Source: Deltaproteobacteria bacterium (GTDB lineage: Bacteria > Desulfobacterota > Desulfobaccia > Desulfobaccales > 0-14-0-80-60-11). From it: a stretch of 64,000 bases of DNA. The stretch is from assembly GCA_003599195.1 (NCBI GenBank), contig QZIZ01000113.1, forward strand, positions 6,705-70,704, in the 5' to 3' direction. A program made the translations under genes and the position numbers. The notes under the pieces are model-generated. The model worked only from the letters and a program-made list of their open reading frames with translations, was not told the origin of the DNA and did no database searches. Shown here piece after piece: positions 1-9,644 of the stretch (its first letter is position 1; each line of letters begins with the position of its first letter).

Positions 1-2078
1 CGGCCGCTCATGCCGGGCATCACCACGTCGGTGAGGAGCAGGTGGATGGGCTCTTGATAGTCCTCGCAGAGGGCCAACGCCTCCTTCCCATTGGCTGCCG
101 GAAGAACGTGGTAACCGTTCTGTCGGAGTGCTTCCGCAGCCAATTCCCTGACCGTCTCTTCGTCCTCCACCAGCAGGACGGTTTCCCAGCCCTGGCGGGG
201 CGCAGCCGCTTCCGGGAGGGATCGTTCCGCTTCCAGGGAGGCGGCGGCCAGGGGCAGGTAGATCTTGAAAGTGGTGCCCCATTTGGGTTCGCTGTAGACC
301 CAGATATAACCGCCGCTCTGCTTGACGATGCCGTATACCGTGGACAGGCCCAGGCCGGTTCCTTGATTGGCGCCCTTGGTGGTGAAGAAAGGCTCGAAGA
401 TATGGGCCTTGGTTTCTTCGTCCATGCCCTCCCCGTTATCGCTCACCGCCAGCATCACGTAAGGGCCGGCCTGGAAATTCACGTCCCGGTGGGTGTAAGA
501 CTCTCCCAGTTCCACGTTGGCGGTCTCGATGTTCAGCTTGCCTCCCAGGGGCATGGCGTCCCGGGCGTTAACCACCAGGTTGATGATCACCTGCTCGATC
601 TGGCTGGGATCGGCCTCCACCAGCCCCAGTCCGGCTTCCAGGTCGGTGGCCAGGTAGATGTCCTCCCCGATCAGCCGTTGCAGCAGCTTCTCCATATCCC
701 GGACCACCGCGTTGAGATTCAGCCTCTTGGGCTGGAGAATCTGTTTGCGGCTGAAGGCCAGGAGCTGACGGGTCAAAGACGCGGCCCGCTCCCCGGCCTT
801 CCTGATCTCATCCGCTTCCCGGTGGCGGGGGTCAACGGTATCCAGGTTCGCCGCCAGCAGTTCCGCATAGCCGATGATCCCGGTGAGCAAATTATTGAAG
901 TCATGGGCCACCCCTCCGGCCAGCCGGCCTATGGCTTCCATTTTCTGGGCCTGCAGTAGTTGCTCTTCGCTCTTGCGCAGGGCCTCTTCCGTTTCCTTGC
1001 TGCTGCTGATATCGTAGAAAACGCCGCTGATATAAGCCAGGTTGCCGGCGGCGTCAGCGATGATCTGGCTTCTTTCCTGAATCCACAGGATTTTGCCGTC
1101 CCTGGCCCTGATCCGGTATTCCCGGATGTAGGATTTATTGCCCTTTAACGCCTCCGTCACCACATTCTGGATGCCGGGAAGGTCTTCCGGGAGTACCAGA
1201 CCGGACCATTTTATCTTCCGGGAATCAAACTCTTCCTTGGAATACCCGGTAAATTCTTCGATCTTGTTGTCGAAAAAATCCACCGTCCAATCGCCGTAGC
1301 CTTTGAAAACCAGGGCCGGGATATTCTTCACCAGCAGGCGGTATTTTTCTTCACTCTCCCGGAGGGCCTGGGCGGCGCGCTGGCGCTCGGTCACGTTTTT
1401 CAGGGAAAGCACCAGGAACTCCACCTCATCATTCCGGTTCAAAATGGGCACTAAAGTCCAATCCCAGTAAGTCAACCCCCGCTCGGGATGGTCCGGAAAG
1501 ACGTAGGGCCGGGCAAATTTCTGCACCGGGGTTTTGTTTTCCACGGCTTTGATAAAGACTTCCCGGCCTTGTTTGCTGGGGTATAGCTCAAAATGGTTCT
1601 TCCCCTGAAATTCGGCGACTTCCCGCCCCGCGGCCCGGGCGAAGGCGTCGTTGACCCGGATATAGTTGAAGTTTTTATCCATGATGACCAGAGGGATAAT
1701 GGTGTAGCGGTAAAAGGCCTCCAGGAGCCAGGATTGTTCCACCAGCTCTTTTGCCAGTTCCCGGTACTTGGCTTCGCTCCGGGCCAGGGCCAGGTTGGTG
1801 CGTTGGATGGAGCGGAACAAAGGCGCGATCCAGGCGATGCCCGCCAGCATCAAGCCCGAGGTGGCCAGGGCCACCCATTCCGCGGTGAGGACGGAAAAGA
1901 TTCCCGGGAACTCCGGCTGCCATAAACTGATGAGCCGGCGGCAGGCCATGAGCACCAGGGCCGCGGCAATCAGCACCCAGGCCAGACGTTTGCGGGTCAG
2001 GGGAATAAGCGCCAGAGCCAGCAACGCCGCCAGGAACTGCAAGATAATGGAAATTTTTAAGATGAAGTTGAGGTCCAT
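1..2078 (-). CDS. Hybrid sensor histidine kinase (TM-PAS-PAS-HisKA-HATPase-receiver); C-terminus lies beyond the left edge
   Basis: Absent from the ORF track because it runs off the window. My minus-strand translation from ATG at 2078 reads [27 protein letters not shown] (2 TM helices). It continues through two PAS-like segments, H-box [19 protein letters not shown]-box [11 protein letters not shown], and G-boxes SDNGEGM and [14 protein letters not shown] receiver domain follows ([12 protein letters not shown]...[13 protein letters not shown]) at position 1. Confidence 0.85.
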   Translation of the reverse strand, partial: MDLNFILKISIILQFLAALLALALIPLTRKRLAWVLIAAALVLMACRRLISLWQPEFPGIFSVLTAEWVALATSGLMLAGIAWIAPLFRSIQRTNLALARSEAKYRELAKELVEQSWLLEAFYRYTIIPLVIMDKNFNYIRVNDAFARAAGREVAEFQGKNHFELYPSKQGREVFIKAVENKTPVQKFARPYVFPDHPERGLTYWDWTLVPILNRNDEVEFLVLSLKNVTERQRAAQALRESEEKYRLLVKNIPALVFKGYGDWTVDFFDNKIEEFTGYSKEEFDSRKIKWSGLVLPEDLPGIQNVVTEALKGNKSYIREYRIRARDGKILWIQERSQIIADAAGNLAYISGVFYDISSSKETEEALRKSEEQLLQAQKMEAIGRLAGGVAHDFNNLLTGIIGYAELLAANLDTVDPRHREADEIRKAGERAASLTRQLLAFSRKQILQPKRLNLNAVVRDMEKLLQRLIGEDIYLATDLEAGLGLVEADPSQIEQVIINLVVNARDAMPLGGKLNIETANVELGESYTHRDVNFQAGPYVMLAVSDNGEGMDEETKAHIFEPFFTTKGANQGTGLGLSTVYGIVKQSGGYIWVYSEPKWGTTFKIYLPLAAASLEAERSLPEAAAPRQGWETVLLVEDEETVRELAAEALRQNGYHVLPAANGKEALALCEDYQEPIHLLLTDVVMPGMSG

Positions 2079-2410
2079 ATTTGTCTCTTCAGGCCGCGTG
2101 CCTGCTAGATAAATTACTTTGTGAACATTATGGCTTTTAAACAATAATTAGTCAAGAATCAAGTTATACCAGCGGCTTTTATGCAAGGTATATGCCGGGA
2201 ACAGCAAGGAGGGCTGCTTGGAATATTCTACTGAAATTATATAGAAATCCAGTTGCCGGAAATTACCTGGCTGGCGGATAAAATGTAAAGTTAACACAAT
2301 TACTCTGTTAACTTAACATTTCCGGGGTGATTTTGGCAATTAAAGAGCGGAGTGTCCCCCTTCTTTTCCTTATCGGCGTCCATCCGCGGTTAACCGCCGC
2401 TGCACACTGA

Positions 2411-4228
2411 TTAGCGCCGATACTGCCGCATATCCAGAAGCCGTTGATGCTTATCCACCTCCAGTCCGGGAAAGAGTTCCCGGTCCAACAGGACGAAATG
2501 CCGCGGGTCCTTGGCCAGGCTTTTAATCCGGGCGTCAAAGGGTGCGAAGAAAGGACAGGCGGCCCGTTCCTCCAGCCTTTTCCTTTTCCGGGCCAAAGGT
2601 GGATCAAACGGAACCAGGAAACGCCCCCCTGCCAGAAACTCCGGGGCAAAATGCCGGTCGTCCACCACCAGGAAAGAGACCCCGTACTTTTTGCAAAAAT
2701 CCCGGACCACCTGGGGATCTTCCGCGTAATAGGCGGTGAAAAAGTCTTCCAGGCGGGGCCGGAGTTGCTCCCAGTAGCCTTTACTCCAGGGATGGGCCAG
2801 TTCAAAAGTGGCCAGCGCCGGGCGTTGGGCAAAAGTGGGGACGTTGTCCATGAGATTGGGGTGTCCGGCGATGAGCGCGTTTTTGGGGGTCTGGGACAGG
2901 GCGGCGTACAGGGGCCGGTACATGGAATAATCGAACAGTCCCACACTCTGGAGGCGCAGGCCCCCCAGAAACGCCACCACAATCAGGACGGCCGCGGCCG
3001 CAACCCGGGGCCAGGGCCGCCGGTACAGGGCGGCGTGCAGGCAGAGAGCCAGTCCCACCAGGTAGCAGAGGTTCAGAGTATAAACGAGATAGCGGTCAGG
3101 GACAAAGAGCTTCAGCATGAAGATGCGGGCCAGGAAATATAGGAGCACGGACGCCAGGAACAGATAGCAAAAGGGTTGCAGCTTAGGTTTAAGTTCCCGC
3201 CAATCGAGGCTCCTGGCCCCCCACACCGCGGCCCCCATGAGCAACACGCAGCCCAGGGCTCCCAAAATAATCCCCCCTTCATGGAAGGGGGCGATGAACT
3301 CCCAGGGGCTCACCACTTCCCAAAGAATCGAGGGCGCCGGGTAGATGGCATACCGTCCCGCGGCGGTGAACTCCGGCCGCCCAGCCATATCCGCGGCGCT
3401 CACCAGGGGGCCGAAGCCCGCGGCATTAAACTCCTGGTTCATTAACCAGACCAACCCCGCGCCTGCGGCCACGGTCAGGAGGTGGCCCCGATTCAGGAAG
3501 GACGCCCCGGCCCATCTGCCGGTGCGCGCCGCCAGCCAGGCCAGGACGACTGCCAGGGCTCCGGTCAGAAAAATATAAGGAATAAACAGGGCCTGGAGCA
3601 GCAAGGCCAGGGCCAGGCCCCAGGGGCGGGCCGCCAGCCAGCAGAGGCAAAAAAAGGCCAGCAGGGGCGCGGCAAAGGCCCGGGCCAGGCCCCCGGCCAG
3701 GTGGTCCAGGAAAAACGGCAGCAGCCAATAAATCCCCGCCATAAACCAGGCCAACGAACGTGAGCCCAGGCGGGCGCCGATACGGAACAGGCAACAGCCC
3801 AGGAAGACGAACAACAGACCGGGCAGCCACTTGGAGAAGGTGATGGGCGCCGCCACCGGCGAGGAGAGCCAGAGTCCCTTGCCCCCCAGGGACAGGGCCG
3901 CGAAAGACACGAACGGCAGCCATTTGGAGACGATGGAAATGTTCAGCAGCGGCCAGGCCAACCGGTAGAGTCCCTTGACCCCCCAGGTCACATAGGCCCG
4001 GGCGTAATCAGCGAGCAAATCCCCGGGGAAAAGCTCCGGGTCCCCCCACTGCTGCATCCAAAAAATCTGCTGCCGCACGTCGTCATTGATGACCCAATGC
4101 CGGGTCAGGGAATCAAAGTGGGCGAAGATAAAGACAGCCGCGGAGAGCACGGCTACCAGGACCGTATCGGTCCAGGGAACGGCGGCCGGTGGAGGTGCGC
4201 CTGGAAGAGGGTCAAATTTCCTTTTCAA
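2411..4228 (-). CDS. Polytopic integral membrane protein with soluble C-terminal domain; GT-C-like fold suspected, function unknown
   Basis: 605-aa ORF with many hydrophobic segments over the first ~400 aa, then a ~180-aa soluble tail. Its start overlaps the stop of the upstream gene by 17 nt (4212/4228), which suggests translational coupling. No diagnostic motif recognised. Confidence 0.75.
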   Translation of the reverse strand: MKRKFDPLPGAPPPAAVPWTDTVLVAVLSAAVFIFAHFDSLTRHWVINDDVRQQIFWMQQWGDPELFPGDLLADYARAYVTWGVKGLYRLAWPLLNISIVSKWLPFVSFAALSLGGKGLWLSSPVAAPITFSKWLPGLLFVFLGCCLFRIGARLGSRSLAWFMAGIYWLLPFFLDHLAGGLARAFAAPLLAFFCLCWLAARPWGLALALLLQALFIPYIFLTGALAVVLAWLAARTGRWAGASFLNRGHLLTVAAGAGLVWLMNQEFNAAGFGPLVSAADMAGRPEFTAAGRYAIYPAPSILWEVVSPWEFIAPFHEGGIILGALGCVLLMGAAVWGARSLDWRELKPKLQPFCYLFLASVLLYFLARIFMLKLFVPDRYLVYTLNLCYLVGLALCLHAALYRRPWPRVAAAAVLIVVAFLGGLRLQSVGLFDYSMYRPLYAALSQTPKNALIAGHPNLMDNVPTFAQRPALATFELAHPWSKGYWEQLRPRLEDFFTAYYAEDPQVVRDFCKKYGVSFLVVDDRHFAPEFLAGGRFLVPFDPPLARKRKRLEERAACPFFAPFDARIKSLAKDPRHFVLLDRELFPGLEVDKHQRLLDMRQYRR

Positions 4229-5354
4229 AAATGCGAAAGACCTTATAAGGTTCGGCGCCCACGGACCTGAAGGCCCGCATATAATGCCTCAGGTTTTCGG
4301 GGATCAGGGACAGGTCGCAGAAATTGCAGGGCGTTTCCCGCACCGCGTCCACGTAGCTCTTGAGGATCAAGGCATGGTGCAGTTTGCGCCCCTGGTAAGG
4401 CTGCCGCACTCCCAGCACCAGGGCCCGGGCCTTCCTGACGGGCCGGTATCTGGCCTCGTAAAAGAGCCTCAGCTTGTTAAAAAGGGATAACTCGCCGTTA
4501 AACCGTTTAATAACGGGATTGAGGTCGGGCAGGACGATGGAGAAAGCCACCAGAGCGTCCCCGTCCAGCAGCAGTTTCACCAGGTTGGGACGCAGCAGGG
4601 GCTTGAGTTGGTTAAAAAACTTTTGGAACTGCTTCCAGGTGAGAGGCAGGTGGCACCAATTGGCTCGCCAGGCTTCGTTAAAGAGTTCATAGACTTCCTG
4701 TTGGCGCCGCTCCAGGTCTGGGTAAGTCATAGGAACCAGCCTCAGGTTCTGGTCCCGGAGAATCCCGGAGATTTTTTCCTCCAGGGGCTCCACGGGAAAG
4801 CGTTTGGTGAGGCGCAGGGCGAAGAAATCGAAGGTCTTGCGAAACCCCAGGTCCCCCAGCAGCCGGGGATAATACGCGGGATTATGGGACTGAAACATCG
4901 CCGGCAGGGAATCGAAACCATCCACCAACATGCCCACTTCATCGTAAATGGAGAAGCTCAACGGCCCCAGAAGCCGGGTCCGGCCCTGCCGCCGCAGCCA
5001 GCCGCCCGCAGCCTCGAAGAGCGCGGCCGCCACCTTAAGATCGGGGATACATTCGAAAAAACCGAAGAAACCGGTCACCCGGTCGTAGAGATCATCGTAA
5101 AGATGGTTGAGGTGCGCGGAAATGCGCCCCACGGGCAGCCCCCGGCGCAGGGCCAGGAAATACCGGGCCTCTCCCACTTCGAAAAAAGGACCCTTCTCAG
5201 GGTCCAGGAAATCTCTTTGCGGCGCCAGCAGTGGGGGGACCCAATAGGGGTCGTGTTGGTAAATCCGCCAGGGAAGCCGCAGAAATTCCCAGAGGTCCCC
5301 TTCGCCCAGCACGGGAACCACCCTGACCCCCTCGCGGTAATCGGTGATTCCCAT
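4212..5354 (-). CDS. Long (~380 aa) GNAT-superfamily-like acyltransferase, function unknown
   Basis: Track ORF is 4212..5381. I prefer the ATG at 5354 (MGITDYREG...), 4 nt after the stop of the upstream gene at 5359. Segments such as PWRIYQHDPYWVPPL and ARYFLALRRGLPVGRISA resemble long GNAT-type proteins. The family call is by recollection, not a search. Confidence 0.6.
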   Translation of the reverse strand: MGITDYREGVRVVPVLGEGDLWEFLRLPWRIYQHDPYWVPPLLAPQRDFLDPEKGPFFEVGEARYFLALRRGLPVGRISAHLNHLYDDLYDRVTGFFGFFECIPDLKVAAALFEAAGGWLRRQGRTRLLGPLSFSIYDEVGMLVDGFDSLPAMFQSHNPAYYPRLLGDLGFRKTFDFFALRLTKRFPVEPLEEKISGILRDQNLRLVPMTYPDLERRQQEVYELFNEAWRANWCHLPLTWKQFQKFFNQLKPLLRPNLVKLLLDGDALVAFSIVLPDLNPVIKRFNGELSLFNKLRLFYEARYRPVRKARALVLGVRQPYQGRKLHHALILKSYVDAVRETPCNFCDLSLIPENLRHYMRAFRSVGAEPYKVFRIFEKEI

Positions 5355-5358
5355 GGAA

Positions 5359-6360
5359 TTACTTGGGCTTGCGCATGACAATGCGCACCTTCATCCCTTC
5401 CTTCAGGGTCATATCGGGGTTGGGCACCTCGAATTCCGCCTCGTAATAGGTGGGCAGGTCCAGGCCGGGTTTCATGGGCACCCAGGAGAGGCGGCTGACC
5501 CGGGCTTCAAACTTTTTCCCGGGGAGGGATTCGGGCAGGATATCGGCCGGATCCCCCACTTTTACCCGTAGGGATTCCATTTCATGAACCTGGGCCTTAA
5601 CTACCAGGGGGTCCATCACCCCCACCTGGAAGACCGGGGTATTGGCTTCGATCTGCGCGCCCGTCCGCAAATCCGGATGCACGAAGAGCACGAAGCCGTT
5701 GATGGGAGACTTCAGGGCCGCGGCCTGGGGCGCATGGCCCTCGCCCACGCCCTCCCCCAGGTGGGTCCGCAAGACCTGAAGATCCTCGGCTGCTATTTTC
5801 TTCTCCCGGCTCAGTTGTTTCTGGATGGCCTGTTTCTGTTGGCCCAGCAGCTTATAATCCTTCTCCACCTGGGACTGGGCCTGTTTGGAAGCCATGCCTT
5901 TGGCCGCCAACTGTTCCACCTCCCGGCGTTTGGCCCCGGCATGGCTCAAGGTCCTCTCCACTTCCGCCAGTTTCACCTCCAGGTCTTTGACCTGGGGGGG
6001 AGAGAGGCGCCGCTGCAACAGCAAAGCGGCCTCGGGGGTGAGGTGGTAATGGGCCAAGACTTCGTCCTTTTTGACCTGCTGCCCTGCCTGCACTTCCAGG
6101 GTAGTGATAATTCCCTGGAAAGGCATCACCACGAACCTCTTGACCGGGCTGGTAAATTTGCCGATAAAGGCCACCTCGCCCATCGGCGGGGTAGCCGGGG
6201 CGGGAGCCTCGGCTTTCTCTTTCTCACCGGCTTTTGCCGGCTCGCGGCTCCAGGCCGGGTGGCCGGCCAGGGCCAGCCAGATTAAGGCGAAAGCCCCCAG
6301 CAGACAAAGAAGGCGTTTATTGCTGTAGTTGCCAGGATTGTTCATCCACATAACTCGCAC
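5359..6360 (-). CDS. Efflux periplasmic adaptor (membrane-fusion protein, HlyD/MacA type)
   Basis: 333 aa. N-terminal anchor LLCLLGAFALIWLALAG, long coiled-coil middle (EVKLAEVERTL...QKQLSREKK) and a beta-rich C-terminus. Sits between the TolC-like and ABC genes. Start is uncertain because alternative Met codons lie within the first 6 codons. Confidence 0.8.
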   Translation of the reverse strand: MRVMWMNNPGNYSNKRLLCLLGAFALIWLALAGHPAWSREPAKAGEKEKAEAPAPATPPMGEVAFIGKFTSPVKRFVVMPFQGIITTLEVQAGQQVKKDEVLAHYHLTPEAALLLQRRLSPPQVKDLEVKLAEVERTLSHAGAKRREVEQLAAKGMASKQAQSQVEKDYKLLGQQKQAIQKQLSREKKIAAEDLQVLRTHLGEGVGEGHAPQAAALKSPINGFVLFVHPDLRTGAQIEANTPVFQVGVMDPLVVKAQVHEMESLRVKVGDPADILPESLPGKKFEARVSRLSWVPMKPGLDLPTYYEAEFEVPNPDMTLKEGMKVRIVMRKPK

Positions 6361-7726
6361 TCAGGTCTCCGGAAAGGTGGCGTAGCCCCAGCACCGCCAG
6401 GTCATAGTTCAGGTTATTCAGGGAAGCGGCCTTTTGAGCCTCCATCAGGATTTTGCGGCCTTCCAGGAGAACGGAGAGTTCGCCTCCGGATTGATAGCGG
6501 ATGTCGCCTTGACGTTCTTTAAGGCGCGCCAGCTCCTCCTGGGCTTGGGCGGTCTTGCGGTTCACATCCGCGAGCCTCAGGTTTTCCTGGGCGTCGGACC
6601 ACTTGTCGGTCAAATCGAGGCTCTGTTCGTCCGATTCCACCTCATATTGTCTCAAAACGGTCTTTTGCCGGGAAATGTTCCTGACCCGCTTGAATCCGTC
6701 CCAAACCGGCACTTCCAAGCCCAGGGAGAAGAACAGGTCCCGGGAGCGGGTCGTGCTCAAAGGATCCGGGGTGGTGGCGCCGAAGAACACGGTGGGCAGC
6801 AGCTTGGCCTTGGCCATGGTGATATTATACTGTTGCAGCTCTTTTTTCAGTTCCGCGATCTTGAGCATATGAGAGCGCCTCTTGGCCTCCTCCAGGGAAG
6901 CGGAGGCGGGATCGAAGCCCCCCATCACCTGGCGCCGCGCGTCTTTGCAATCCAGTTCCAGGGTCTGTTCGGGTTTCATCCCGATTACGGCCTTAATTCT
7001 CTCGTGGAGCCGTTTCCTGGAGGCGGCGATGCGCTCCTGTTCGGCCTTGGCCGCGTTCAACTCCTGGGCGGCCACCTTGACCTCCAGCGAGGTGCCGGAG
7101 CCGATCTTCTCCCGGTTTTGGAAATAGTCCAGGTTCTGGCGGGCCAGATCCACGAAGTTCTGCTGCCGGGCCGCGGCGGCTATCAGAGTTTCCATTTCCA
7201 GAAACATCCGGCCCAGTTTTTGAATGCCTTCGGAAACGACCTGCATGTGAGCCAGGACCGCGATTTGGGTGAACAATTTCTTGGCCTGCAGGGTGATATA
7301 AGATTCCAGGGGATTATAACCGCTGCTGACGAAACTCAGGGTATATGGGCGGTTGGCGCTGTCATCCGGGCGGTTCACATAATATTGGGTGCGGAAAGTC
7401 ACCTTGGGGACCATGTCGAACTTGCTGTCCGTCTCATCCAGGTGTTTGATCTCCACCTCCAGGGAGCTTTTAAGGAAAAAAGGAGACCGCCTTAAGGCCA
7501 GCCGGACCGCCCGGTCATAGTCCACCGGGCCGGTGACGGCCTCGGTCTCCTGGGGGACGGCTGTTTGCGGGGCTCCTTCCCCCAGGGCCATCGGGGCGGC
7601 CCAAAGGATGGCCAAAGGAATAAAAACCAGAAAGAGGAAAAGTTTCTCGCCTAAACGGCCGCACTTCTCCCTTGGGCGCGGGGTTGTCAGGCTTCCGCCT
7701 GCCGCACCCCGGAGATTATTTTTCAT
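6317..7726 (-). CDS. Outer-membrane efflux protein (TolC family)
   Basis: 469 aa. Signal-like LFLFLVFIPLAILWAAPMALG. Shows the two-repeat coiled-coil/beta organisation typical of outer membrane factor proteins. Overlaps both neighbours (7716/7726, 6317/6360). Confidence 0.8.
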   Translation of the reverse strand: MKNNLRGAAGGSLTTPRPREKCGRLGEKLFLFLVFIPLAILWAAPMALGEGAPQTAVPQETEAVTGPVDYDRAVRLALRRSPFFLKSSLEVEIKHLDETDSKFDMVPKVTFRTQYYVNRPDDSANRPYTLSFVSSGYNPLESYITLQAKKLFTQIAVLAHMQVVSEGIQKLGRMFLEMETLIAAAARQQNFVDLARQNLDYFQNREKIGSGTSLEVKVAAQELNAAKAEQERIAASRKRLHERIKAVIGMKPEQTLELDCKDARRQVMGGFDPASASLEEAKRRSHMLKIAELKKELQQYNITMAKAKLLPTVFFGATTPDPLSTTRSRDLFFSLGLEVPVWDGFKRVRNISRQKTVLRQYEVESDEQSLDLTDKWSDAQENLRLADVNRKTAQAQEELARLKERQGDIRYQSGGELSVLLEGRKILMEAQKAASLNNLNYDLAVLGLRHLSGDLSASYVDEQSWQLQQ

Positions 7727-8423
7727 AAAGGATGCCGTCCTCCAGGGAGAATACGCGGTGGCAGCGCTCAGCCACCTGGGAATCGTGGGTCACCACTATC
7801 AGGGCGGTTTCCCCCAGGGCCACAATCTCTTCGAAATGATCCATGATCTTGTGGCCGTTTTGGCGATCGAGCTGGCCGGTGGGTTCATCCGCCAGGATCA
7901 CCCGGGGCTGGTTGACCAGGGCCCGGGCCACCGCCACCCGCTGCCGTTCGCCGCCGGAGAGCCGGTTGGCGGGATGCCCCATCCGATGGGCCAGGCCCAC
8001 CATCTCCAGGGCGGAGGCGATGCGGGCCGGGCGTTCGTGGCGCTCGACCATGGCGTATACCAGGGGGAACTCCAGGTTTTCATAGACCGTGGAGTTCTCG
8101 AAGAGGTCGCAATTCTGAAAGACGAAACCCACCCGCCGGCGGCGGAACTCCGCCTGGTCAGCGCGGCTTAAGTGGAGCACGTCCCGTCCCAAGAATTGGT
8201 AGTTACCGGAAGATGCCGGCTGCAACAAGCCTAAGATAAACAGAAGAGAGGACTTGCCCGAGCCCGAAGGCCCCGTCACCGCTATCATCTCTCCGGGGTG
8301 CACCTCCAGGTTGACTCCCCTCAGGACCGGAATGACCCCATGGCCGTTGCTGTAATGTTTGGACAGACGGATCACCTGGATCAGGGGGCCGTTAACCAGG
8401 GGGGGGCGAGAGAGATTATTCAT
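7716..8423 (-). CDS. ABC transporter ATP-binding protein (MacB/LolD type)
   Basis: Walker A GPSGSGKSS, signature LSGGERQRVAVARAL, Walker B ILADEPTGQLD, H-loop VVTHD. Confidence 0.95.
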   Translation of the reverse strand: MNNLSRPPLVNGPLIQVIRLSKHYSNGHGVIPVLRGVNLEVHPGEMIAVTGPSGSGKSSLLFILGLLQPASSGNYQFLGRDVLHLSRADQAEFRRRRVGFVFQNCDLFENSTVYENLEFPLVYAMVERHERPARIASALEMVGLAHRMGHPANRLSGGERQRVAVARALVNQPRVILADEPTGQLDRQNGHKIMDHFEEIVALGETALIVVTHDSQVAERCHRVFSLEDGILYEK

Positions 8424-9594
8424 AGCGGATGGCGGAGACAGGTTCCATGCGGCTGGCCCGGAGGGAAGGATAGATCCCCGCGGCTACTCCCAGACCCACG
8501 GCCACCAGCAGGCCGATGAAGACGCAAAAAAGAAAAAGTCCCTGCGCGGGGTGGCTGTTGATCATGATGCTGGTGATCTCCACGACTACAAACCCCACGA
8601 GGCTGCCCGCCAGGGAGGCGGTAAAGCTGAGACAGACGGCTTCGGCCAGGAATTGGGCCATGATCGCCTGATCCTCGGCGCCCATGGCTTTTTTCAGGCC
8701 GATCTCCCGGGTGCGGGACCGGACGGCAGCCATCATCACCGTCCAGATGCCCACTCCTCCCAAGATCAGGGTGGCGGCGATGGAACTGAAAATGAAAAGC
8801 TCGACCCAAAAGGCTATGGCCTGCACCCGTTTTACCTGATCCCAGGCCACGTCCACTTTAAGGCCCTGGACATACTGCTGCGACTGGATCACCTGGGGAA
8901 TCAGGGGCACCACCTTCTCCACGTCATCCCAGGTGGAGCACCGCAAATAGATGCGGTTCGGGTAACTGATGTTAGGGATGCGGTCCTGGGCGGTGGTGAA
9001 GGGAACAAAGGCGAAATTCCGTAGATCCCCCAGGCCCACATCTTTCAGCACTCCCGACACCGTGAAAATGTCCTGCTGGATTTCCAGCTCGGCCCCGGCC
9101 ACGTCAATGGTGCCGAAAAGGGTGCGGGCCAGTTCCGGACCCAAGACGACGGCCCGCCGGCGGTGATTATTTTCCTCCAGACCGAAGACTTTTCCCTTTT
9201 GAGCCGATAATCCGCAGACTTCAAAGAAGGCCCGGTCCGCGCCGAACAGGGAAAAACCATATTGCTGCCCCTGGAGGCTGGTTTGCGCCCAGAAGGTGCT
9301 GACCGCCAAACTGGCGTCTTTTACCCCAGGCATCTGGCGGAGGGCTTCCAAAGTGGATTGCTGAAAGATTTGATGTTGATAAGGAGGCAGTTTTTCGAAG
9401 TAGACCTTGACGAGGGTGGCCCGTCCCAGGAGTTCCAGGTCGCGGTTGAAATTCTCCTTGAGGTCCCGGCCCATGGTGATAATGGTGATGAAGCCGGCGG
9501 TACCGAGGGCAATAGCCAACATTACCCCCCAGTAGCGCCGGCGATGGCGCAGGAGCTGGCGAATACTGAGCCGCAGCAGGTCACTGAGCCTCAA
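8416..9594 (-). CDS. ABC transporter permease (FtsX/MacB type)
   Basis: 392 aa. One N-terminal TM (YWGVMLAIALGTAGFITIITM), a large periplasmic domain and three C-terminal TM helices. Has an 8-nt overlap with the ATPase gene. Confidence 0.85.
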   Translation of the reverse strand: MRLSDLLRLSIRQLLRHRRRYWGVMLAIALGTAGFITIITMGRDLKENFNRDLELLGRATLVKVYFEKLPPYQHQIFQQSTLEALRQMPGVKDASLAVSTFWAQTSLQGQQYGFSLFGADRAFFEVCGLSAQKGKVFGLEENNHRRRAVVLGPELARTLFGTIDVAGAELEIQQDIFTVSGVLKDVGLGDLRNFAFVPFTTAQDRIPNISYPNRIYLRCSTWDDVEKVVPLIPQVIQSQQYVQGLKVDVAWDQVKRVQAIAFWVELFIFSSIAATLILGGVGIWTVMMAAVRSRTREIGLKKAMGAEDQAIMAQFLAEAVCLSFTASLAGSLVGFVVVEITSIMINSHPAQGLFLFCVFIGLLVAVGLGVAAGIYPSLRASRMEPVSAIRYE

Positions 9595-9644
9595 AGAAAA
9601 ATATCCCCCAAATATATTTCGGCGTTACCGGCAAATTTCTCAAG

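Noticed and set aside
42-1925. Plus-strand track ORFs 42..959, 960..1148 and 1593..1925
   Set aside because: They are antisense shadows of the minus-strand hybrid histidine kinase, whose translation shows complete H, N, G and receiver motifs. The plus-strand products are Gly/Pro/Arg/His-rich with no motifs.
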